The notes beneath the pieces are model-generated. The model ran no database searches and was not told the DNA's origin. It saw nothing but the letters and a program-made list of their open reading frames with translations. The position numbers were made by a program, and so were the translations under genes. Positions 46,376-53,275 of a DNA stretch of 64,000 nucleotides are shown here, piece after piece. Numbering within the stretch: position 1 is the stretch's first letter; each line of letters starts with the position of its first letter. Source of the DNA: an uncultured Candidatus Saccharibacteria bacterium (GTDB taxonomy: Bacteria > Patescibacteriota > Saccharimonadia > Saccharimonadales > Saccharimonadaceae). The stretch covers positions 52,520-116,519 of the forward strand of contig CAURPR010000001.1 of assembly GCA_963527295.1 (NCBI GenBank), in the 5' to 3' direction.

Positions 46376-47136
46376 AAATGGCTTTAGCAATATAACACTA
46401 CTGTAAAACCAAATACTACTTATCCACTCTGTCTATTATCGTTTCAGTACCATTCAATATAACACTACTGTAAAACTGAGCGCCGCAACGATAGCGTCAG
46501 CCATCAGTTTCAGTACCATTCAATATAACACTACTGTAAAACGTTGCGGTATAGCCAACTTCCTGCAACTTGGTTTCAGTACCATTCAATATAACACTAC
46601 TGTAAAACTAACCGCTGTACGTTGTATGCTAGCTGTTAGTTTCAGTACCATTCAATATAACACTACTGTAAAACGTGGCCACAATGTGTGCAGAGCTACC
46701 ACCGGTTTCAGTACCATTCAATATAACACTACTGTAAAACTGCGGTATTCAGCCTTGGCGTGAATTTCAGGTTTCAGTACCATTCAATATAACACTACTG
46801 TAAAACAGCTAGTCGTCGATTACAAGACCTGCAGCAGTTTCAGTACCATTCAATATAACACTACTGTAAAACATCAAGCACAAATAACGTGCCGGGGGTT
46901 TCGTTTCAGTACCATTCAATATAACACTACTGTAAAACGCCGACCAAGCAGAGGCTGTGAAAAAGCAAGTTTCAGTACCATTCAATATAACACTACTGTA
47001 AAACAAGCCCTTGAAACCATTGCCCGATCGACGTGTTTCAGTACCATTCAATATAACACTACTGTAAAACCAAGCTATAATCGTATTATTGTTATACACC
47101 GTTTCAGTACCATTCAATATAACACTACTGTAAAAC
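46374..47136 (-). CRISPR. Type II-A CRISPR array: 12 repeats (36 bp), 11 spacers
   Basis: The repeat in crRNA sense is GTTTTACAGTAGTGTTATATTGAATGGTACTGAAAC. There are eleven identical copies with + strand starts at 46441, 46507, 46573, 46639, 46705, 46771, 46837, 46903, 46969, 47035 and 47101. A degenerate trailer-end copy sits at 46374-46409, with only the leader-proximal 22-23 nt conserved. Ten spacers are 30 nt and the oldest is 31 nt. Confidence 0.97.
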
Positions 47137-47189
47137 CTCAATTGTGAAGTTTTACAGGGGTGAACGTGATAGCGCTTACCCTGTTGTTA
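47137..47189 (-). promoter_or_regulatory. CRISPR leader (only 53 bp between the csn2 stop and the first repeat)
   Basis: Position between csn2 and repeat 1. The repeat-proximal end reads ...CACAATTGAG|GTTTTACAG. It contains an inverted copy of the repeat's first 9 nt. Confidence 0.6.
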
Positions 47190-47879
47190 TTATGAATTGG
47201 TACTAAAATCATACAAATCGTCATCAATAACGAGAATATTCTCCTCGTTCAACTTATCTTTACAGTTTTTCTCAATAAAAAGTACTGAAAAATGATTGTT
47301 TTGTACATATTGTAAAAGAGCCTGCAGCTCGCAATGCGACAATAATTGGCGCTGGTTTATCAAAATCACTAAACGTTTTGATAATAATTGCTGAGCTGAA
47401 TCTATAATACCATAAAGCTTGTCAATGTAGTTATTTCCTGTATTCGCCTCCAGCTCTACATGCGTCATCTTCATAATGTCATTGATAGATATCTCTGTTT
47501 GATAGTTTATACTTTGTGAGGAATTGGTATTTATAGTGCTAAGAACATCCAAAATGTCTGCTTCTATTTGTGCTAGTTTGGCCATGTCGATGTCGCTATT
47601 GTCATGGATGTTTTTATACAGGGCTGCTGTGATAGTTCGATTGGCTAGATCGTAGGAATATATATCCGTGATAACCAGAGTGTCTTTTGTGAAATTCAGT
47701 GGAGTGTGATCACTGTCGTAAACAACAGTGCGGTTATTCTCTTCCCTTTTAGTGTATGTATCAAGTATATCTTCAACAATGCTTCTGAAAAATAAGTCAT
47801 TACGAACAGCCAAGGTCGCGATGCCACCGTCATCTGATATTGATAGCGTATTATCGAATCCTGAAATGTTGATTTTCAT
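47190..47879 (-). CDS. csn2: CRISPR-associated protein Csn2 (type II-A marker)
   Basis: 229 aa, last gene of the cas operon. The C-terminal half KLYGIIDSAQQLLSKRLVILINQRQLLSHCELQALLQYVQNNHFSVLFIE parallels streptococcal Csn2 (…[37 protein letters not shown], from memory). Confidence 0.82.
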   Translation of the reverse strand: MKINISGFDNTLSISDDGGIATLAVRNDLFFRSIVEDILDTYTKREENNRTVVYDSDHTPLNFTKDTLVITDIYSYDLANRTITAALYKNIHDNSDIDMAKLAQIEADILDVLSTINTNSSQSINYQTEISINDIMKMTHVELEANTGNNYIDKLYGIIDSAQQLLSKRLVILINQRQLLSHCELQALLQYVQNNHFSVLFIEKNCKDKLNEENILVIDDDLYDFSTNS

Positions 47880-48196
47880 AAAACAACTGTCCTATCGGTA
47901 GTTTGAATTGATAATTCCTCATATTCCCCTGCTAAGTATTCCATTGAGGCGAATTGCCGCTCAGTTATCGTTAATAGTTGGATGATACCATTGTCGGGTA
48001 TAATTTTTTTGAGTCTGTCGTGGGTTAATTTTTCATTCGTGGAATTAAGGACTAGTTTACTATAGACTGATTGTTGCATCATGACAAACCCTTCTTGGGT
48101 GAGTTGCTTGCGGAATGTGGCATATATTTTGCGTTCGCGAGCACTTACCATTGGTAAGTCAAAAAATAATATCATTCTCATATACCTTACCTTCAT
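47876..48196 (-). CDS. cas2: CRISPR-associated endoribonuclease Cas2
   Basis: MILFFDLP ... ferredoxin-like, about 100 aa, with YATFRKQLTQEGFVMMQQSVYSK. Sits between cas1 and csn2, with a 4-nt overlap with csn2. Confidence 0.92.
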   Translation of the reverse strand: MKVRYMRMILFFDLPMVSARERKIYATFRKQLTQEGFVMMQQSVYSKLVLNSTNEKLTHDRLKKIIPDNGIIQLLTITERQFASMEYLAGEYEELSIQTTDRTVVL

Positions 48197-48198
48197 AC

Positions 48199-49077
48199 TT
48201 ATATTAGTTCGTATTCGGGCAGATTTTTGTCGCTGCCCTCTTCCATTGCTCTAAAAAATAACTTTACGTAGATGTTGATCGCGTTTGATAGGAACTGTTC
48301 TTTACCAAGAACAATGACTTTGTGGTTGAGAATATCAATGAGGCGACTCTTGAAGAAGTCGTCAAATGCGAAACTTCGACACTTATACACTTCACGGTCA
48401 ACGATAGGACGGCATGACTCCATTAGGTCGCAGGTGAGATTAAAAGGGTTGTATTCATTGCAGTGGTTAACACCCATAGTTGTTGAATAGCCAGCTGAAG
48501 TAATTTCCCTGTTGAAAGCTGAAAGGAGAATTGCATAACCATAGTTAAGCGCTGCGTTTATGTCGCTGGAGCTGTCGCGTGAAAATTGCGGACCAAACAA
48601 CTCTTTGAAGTATAGTTTCGCAGCATGCGCTTCACGATTGGTAGTGTCTCCGGGTAATACTGATGCGGCAAAATTCATAAGTATTTCGCAGGAGGTTTGA
48701 TTGGCGGTCTCTCTATAGACTACCTGAGCTTGCTTGATAATTTTTTGAGCAACGATTCTCTGCCAGATTTTATCTTTGGTAATCTGAGGCCATTGGCTTT
48801 GGCGGCGCATTTGCTTGCTGGCATTATGCGCGCCGTAATACGGTATTATCTCGCTGTATGGATTGCGCTGGTGGTCGCAAAATATTATTTTTACCTTGTA
48901 GCGAGCCAGCTCACAAAGTAGATATGCGGTGATATTGACAGCAGTATTTTCAATGATTAAAGTGCCGATTTCGCTGATGTGGAGCGCTTTTTCGTTGCCA
49001 TCGCTAATGATGAGCATGTAGTCGTTTTTGTAGCTTAGCTTGCAACGATTCTTGACGATGACAGTTCGCCAAGACAT
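48199..49077 (-). CDS. cas1: CRISPR-associated integrase Cas1 (type II)
   Basis: 292 aa. NAALNYGYAILLS and the acidic/His catalytic region (GVNHCNEYNPFNLTCDLME). Starts 1 nt after the cas9 stop. Confidence 0.95.
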   Translation of the reverse strand: MSWRTVIVKNRCKLSYKNDYMLIISDGNEKALHISEIGTLIIENTAVNITAYLLCELARYKVKIIFCDHQRNPYSEIIPYYGAHNASKQMRRQSQWPQITKDKIWQRIVAQKIIKQAQVVYRETANQTSCEILMNFAASVLPGDTTNREAHAAKLYFKELFGPQFSRDSSSDINAALNYGYAILLSAFNREITSAGYSTTMGVNHCNEYNPFNLTCDLMESCRPIVDREVYKCRSFAFDDFFKSRLIDILNHKVIVLGKEQFLSNAINIYVKLFFRAMEEGSDKNLPEYELI

Positions 49078-49078
49078 G

Positions 49079-52000
49079 CTAACGGCCCTGCTCTAATGTT
49101 TTTCCGTCTAATTTTCGGCGGTGCAGTCCGGTGATAGATTCGTAAACGAAGGTTAGTTTAGCCGGATCTAGCTTTTTACCTTTCATTCTCCCAAAATCAT
49201 CTGGTAGTCCTAGTTTTGGAAAGCTCTTTTTCATATCTACACGCCCTGAGCCAGCATGTGTAGCAGTCAAGACTAGTCCTATAGCCTTAATCTTATATTC
49301 TACAGGCATTGCTCGGTATTCATTATTGGTGACCTTCGCTTTTTCGACGACGCTCCCAAATTGCTGGTACTGATTAGTGAGCTTATCAGTATAAATCTCC
49401 CAGAACCTCTCTATTCCGCTAATAACTCTATCTCTTCTTTCTATTTGTCTATTGCGCTTGCGTTGTAGTTTATTGTCGTCGGCAGCCTGTTCTTCTGTGA
49501 TCGTGATTTGCGGAATTCCCTGCTTGAGAGCGACTGCCACGGCGTATTCAACGTCGTAAGGTAATTTCAGCTGTTTGGCATTAGTAACTTCTTTACTGCC
49601 AACGATGAATTGCTCATTGCCGTCATATTCAATTTTTTGATTAATTGGTATTTTGGACAGAAGAACTGTAGCTTGCTTATAGTTGTTGTGGAGATGCTCA
49701 TTGATTGAGCCTGGCTTGGTCTTTTCTAGTGTATAAATTTGAGTTGGCACGCTGATAATCTCGTTTACAAAAACATCCTTGTTACGCACCTGTTTAAGAT
49801 ATCTTATGGCCATAAAATAGGCTGCTTTTCTCCCTGAATAGCCACCGTATTTATCGACCGGTAGGTTCGCTTTTCTGGTGATCATGGTGGCGCCAGAATT
49901 TTTACCGTAAATAGTCTGGTCGTAGAATTGATTGTCGCCAATCTCAGTTTTCTTTGTAATCAGGCAGTCATTGTATTTCATCGTTCGGTCGATGACATCG
50001 TGTGTGGTTTTACTCTGCCAGATAATTTTACCTGTATTTGTATTAGTAAAGTCATAGTTCATTGACGCGAGGATAAAGCTGCTACGATCCGTGTCGGTCT
50101 GTTCTTTAGATTTGAACTTCATGTATTCACCGTAGATAAATGCGTTATCTAGTTTTGGATAGCGAATTTTTACGTATTGAGCTAGAACTGCAGCCAAATA
50201 AGCATCTTTGGCATGGTGTAGGTCATTGACTTCGCGGCATTTCGGCAAGTCATGAATGCGGCGATATTCAGAGCTCATACCGGCGCGGATAGTAAACACT
50301 TCTGTCGATGAATCATGGTATTTTTCGGTCAGCATTCTGGCGAGATGTTTGGTGATCTGTCGTGTCTCAACGAGTTGGCGATTGACGAATCCAGCCACGC
50401 GGTCTTCAGACAGTTGCTTTTGACTTGTTAGGCGTTGAAATTTAAGCTGCGACATAAGTTTAGCATTCTTCAGAGACGTCCAGATCGGTCTCATGTGATT
50501 TTGGATGTCGGGTGCAATAGGATAATCATCAAGTTTTCGCTGGTTTTCTTTGCGCAGCACTAGGACAGTGTTGTCTAGTGAGTCATCTTTTGTTAACGAG
50601 CGCGGTAAAATATGGTCAATTTCGCAGTCTTTAAGATCGTTTTCGATGTCGAGCGGGTCGCCCGTATAAGCGCATTTGCCGTTCTGTAGGAAATACAGAT
50701 AATACTTTTTCTTATCGAGTTTGTCTTTGTATTTAGCCAATTGCGATTTTATATCAGATTTAGTATATTCTTTGCCATAAAGATCCTTATACATTTTTTC
50801 CAGTTGGCCGTATCGGCTTTTGGTTCTAACTTTCTCGTCTTCATTGCGAGCCATCTCAATGCTGATTAGCTTTGGTTCGTAGCCGATTGTGTCGACAATC
50901 TCATCAACAATTCTAACGCTGCGCCACAAAGCACGTTTAACGCCCGGCGATCCGGCGAGTTTTTTAATGTCGTCGTAGGCTATGTCTGTGCGCTGGTCTG
51001 CCGATAAGATATCGTCAATAATCTTTTTGAACTCGTATCGATCGCTTTGGATGATCTGCATAAAGTTATCTTTAGAGCTACGCATCGTCTCTATGACGGT
51101 CAGTTCGCCGTAAGGCGTGTGCGCAGTGATGCCGTCAAGCAGCTCGCAAGACAGTCGTCCCCAGCCGCTATAATTTAGCTTCAAAATAGCGCGAAGCTGA
51201 TTATCGTCAAAGATATCACTGTACTTCTGTAATTTTTTGGCTAGGATCTTTTTATCTTCAAACAAGGTAATCCACTTGATAATCTCTTCGATTGCCCGTT
51301 GGTTTTTTGGTGTAATTGAGACGCCAACTTTTTGCGTGAAGTCGATATATGATTTTCGCGACGAAGTAAATGATTTATCTTTGGCGGTTCCAGAAATAAC
51401 AAGAGAGTCAGTGTTGTATATTTGATTGTCGTAGAGATATTTAATAAACTTTTTGTAAGTAACTGAAGACTCTTTGGTGAATAACTCGTCAACTATGCGG
51501 TTCTGGATGTCGGAACTCAGTCTTTCGCCGTTGACGGTCATGTTCTTCAATTCGTTGCGAACTTCGTATTCTTGATAAAGCAGCGAATTTTTAGGGAGGA
51601 CTTCTTCGTCTGGTAAATACGTACAATGGTTGCGCATTCGGTCGATGAACTGCTCGGCAGAAGCTTCATTGTCTATCATCTCGTCGAAGTTCCAAGGATA
51701 AATCACGCCATCTTTCTTTTTGACTGACCAGGCAAAATCACCGCCAGTTTTGAGTGGCCCGATGTAATACGGCAGTTTGAATGTGAATATACTAATGATT
51801 TTATCGCGATTTTGGGCTAAGAACGGGTAATATTGCGCTTGGTTGTCGATGATTCTTTCAAGTTCGTATTGGTGGATTTGATGCGGAATGGCGCCGTTGT
51901 CACGAATGCGTTGCCTAGAAAGAAATTCCTCTAGCTCAGCCTGCTTCTCAAATCGCTGGTAGCGCGGGTCATCCTTGGCGACTTCGCCGAGCTGTTTTTT

Positions 52001-53083
52001 GATAGATTTGTATAAATCATCGAGATTTCGCTTGTGGTTATTATATAGCTCAAATTCGGCGGCGTCACCATGAAAAAATGTCTTGTATTTTTGGGGTAGA
52101 AATTCGTGAAATAGTGCTTTAAGGTCGGATAAATCTTGACGATAGGCATCGTATTTTTCAATCATAATGTCGGACAGGCAGCTATCTTTTCTGATAAATT
52201 GGCTGAAAACCGTCCATTGATAGACTGATTCTAAAGTCTCTACGAGTTCGTAGCGATCGTCGCCGATTGCGGTTGCAATTTCATCGCGTTGCTCCTCGTA
52301 ATTTTTATTCGAGAACTCCCCTTTTGCTTCGAGAGAGTCATCCTCGAATAGTTTATTGGCGTTCCATTTTAGACCGATAGCTGCACCGACAGCTTCGCTG
52401 ACGGCTCTCTTCTTGTCAGAAGATGGCTGTAGTAGATTGATGATGTCTGATTTTCTGGCGCTACGTGATAGGGAGCGGTCAAGCAAAATTGCCTTAATCT
52501 TTTGGGCCGTAGAGCCGTCCGCGCCGATAAATTCCATGAAGATTTGCAGGTTTTGGCTGTCGAACGATGAAATTACATTGCCTACCCCTCCCTCGATCAA
52601 GAAATTGCCGCGATATTTAATAATATGATGAAGTGCTAGATAGACTAAGCGAATATCCTGCTTTTCGGAGTCGTGAAACAGGCTGCTTCGCAAATGATAA
52701 ATTGTTGGATATTTCTCTCTATATGATTTGTCGGTGAAAGAGTGGTCGGCAAATAGGATGTTAGCATCTAGTTCTAGTGCGGAGTTTTTGTCGCCAAGGT
52801 GAAGCATTGATTCGGATAAGCGGAGGTAGAAATGCGGATCGACTTTTTGTATCTCATCGTCAAATATTTGCTGGAGGAGCGTAATACGCCGTTTTCGCCT
52901 AGCAAGCCGTCGGCGCGATGAGCGGAACGAGCGTCTGGTGGCGGCGTCATCTGCCTTATCAAACAGGTTCGCGCCCCACATATTTTGATGTTTATATTTA
53001 CACAGACTAAAGTCTTCGTTGATAACTGCCCAGCCAACGCTGTTCGTACCAATATCTAATCCAATAGAATACGGTTGTTTCAT
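49079..53083 (-). CDS. cas9: Cas9 (type II-A, 1334 aa)
   Basis: RuvC-I YSIGLDIGTNSVGWAV, Arg-rich bridge helix RRSFRSSRRRLARRKRR, HNH EIDHILPRSLTKDDSLDNTVLVLRKENQRK, RuvC-III DLHHAKDAYLAAV. AAAGGGGA SD. Confidence 0.97.
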   Translation of the reverse strand: MKQPYSIGLDIGTNSVGWAVINEDFSLCKYKHQNMWGANLFDKADDAATRRSFRSSRRRLARRKRRITLLQQIFDDEIQKVDPHFYLRLSESMLHLGDKNSALELDANILFADHSFTDKSYREKYPTIYHLRSSLFHDSEKQDIRLVYLALHHIIKYRGNFLIEGGVGNVISSFDSQNLQIFMEFIGADGSTAQKIKAILLDRSLSRSARKSDIINLLQPSSDKKRAVSEAVGAAIGLKWNANKLFEDDSLEAKGEFSNKNYEEQRDEIATAIGDDRYELVETLESVYQWTVFSQFIRKDSCLSDIMIEKYDAYRQDLSDLKALFHEFLPQKYKTFFHGDAAEFELYNNHKRNLDDLYKSIKKQLGEVAKDDPRYQRFEKQAELEEFLSRQRIRDNGAIPHQIHQYELERIIDNQAQYYPFLAQNRDKIISIFTFKLPYYIGPLKTGGDFAWSVKKKDGVIYPWNFDEMIDNEASAEQFIDRMRNHCTYLPDEEVLPKNSLLYQEYEVRNELKNMTVNGERLSSDIQNRIVDELFTKESSVTYKKFIKYLYDNQIYNTDSLVISGTAKDKSFTSSRKSYIDFTQKVGVSITPKNQRAIEEIIKWITLFEDKKILAKKLQKYSDIFDDNQLRAILKLNYSGWGRLSCELLDGITAHTPYGELTVIETMRSSKDNFMQIIQSDRYEFKKIIDDILSADQRTDIAYDDIKKLAGSPGVKRALWRSVRIVDEIVDTIGYEPKLISIEMARNEDEKVRTKSRYGQLEKMYKDLYGKEYTKSDIKSQLAKYKDKLDKKKYYLYFLQNGKCAYTGDPLDIENDLKDCEIDHILPRSLTKDDSLDNTVLVLRKENQRKLDDYPIAPDIQNHMRPIWTSLKNAKLMSQLKFQRLTSQKQLSEDRVAGFVNRQLVETRQITKHLARMLTEKYHDSSTEVFTIRAGMSSEYRRIHDLPKCREVNDLHHAKDAYLAAVLAQYVKIRYPKLDNAFIYGEYMKFKSKEQTDTDRSSFILASMNYDFTNTNTGKIIWQSKTTHDVIDRTMKYNDCLITKKTEIGDNQFYDQTIYGKNSGATMITRKANLPVDKYGGYSGRKAAYFMAIRYLKQVRNKDVFVNEIISVPTQIYTLEKTKPGSINEHLHNNYKQATVLLSKIPINQKIEYDGNEQFIVGSKEVTNAKQLKLPYDVEYAVAVALKQGIPQITITEEQAADDNKLQRKRNRQIERRDRVISGIERFWEIYTDKLTNQYQQFGSVVEKAKVTNNEYRAMPVEYKIKAIGLVLTATHAGSGRVDMKKSFPKLGLPDDFGRMKGKKLDPAKLTFVYESITGLHRRKLDGKTLEQGR

Positions 53084-53108
53084 CGTAAATCCCCTTTTAA
53101 TTATTTTT

Positions 53109-53137
53109 AGTATATCGCTTATTTTTAGGGTTTACAA
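53109..53137 (-). promoter_or_regulatory. Putative cas9 promoter
   Basis: On the minus strand: TTGTAA (53137-53132), 17 nt, TATACT (53114-53109), about 25 nt upstream of the cas9 ATG. Its -35 overlaps the tracrRNA -35 on the other strand. Confidence 0.45.
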
Positions 53138-53159
53138 TGTTGTTTTAATTGGCTATAAT
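53131..53159 (+). promoter_or_regulatory. Putative tracrRNA promoter
   Basis: TTTACA (53131-53136), 17 nt, TATAAT (53154-53159). Confidence 0.6.
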
Positions 53160-53165
53160 TCTTAT

Positions 53166-53260
53166 TGTACCGTTTCGGTACCTCAATATAACACTACAGG
53201 TTAAAATAAAGCATTAGCTAAAATGTTTCTACAACGATCCGGGCGGTAGGCCCGTTTTTT
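53166..53260 (+). ncRNA. tracrRNA: tracrRNA (about 95 nt; 5' end approximate)
   Basis: The anti-repeat GTTTCGGTACC-TCAATATAACACTAC-AGGTTAAAAT (from 53172) is complementary to the crRNA repeat. It has 15 contiguous bp, a UAAAAU:GUUUUA end and an internal bulge. Next come a nexus-like AAUAAAGCAUUAGCU and the terminator CGGGC-GGUAG-GCCCG + U6 (53240-53260). Confidence 0.75.
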
Positions 53261-53275
53261 GTTGGGCTCATATAA

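Noticed and set aside
46169-46390. 73-aa minus-strand ORF next to the array
   Set aside because: It starts inside the degenerate terminal repeat, has no SD or -10 context, and is low-complexity. It most likely lies in the non-coding array trailer.
46809-47141. 110-aa minus-strand ORF with the recurring peptide FYSSVILNGTET
   Set aside because: It is simply the CRISPR repeat translated in frame. The periodic peptide mirrors the 66-bp repeat-spacer unit.
44793-53275. Calling the CRISPR neighbourhood a mobile element or genomic island with defined borders
   Set aside because: No integrase, transposase, tRNA-adjacent att site or flanking long repeats were found. Only the compositional contrast and the 21-bp repeats at 44838 and 45518 are seen, so no mobile_element feature is reported.
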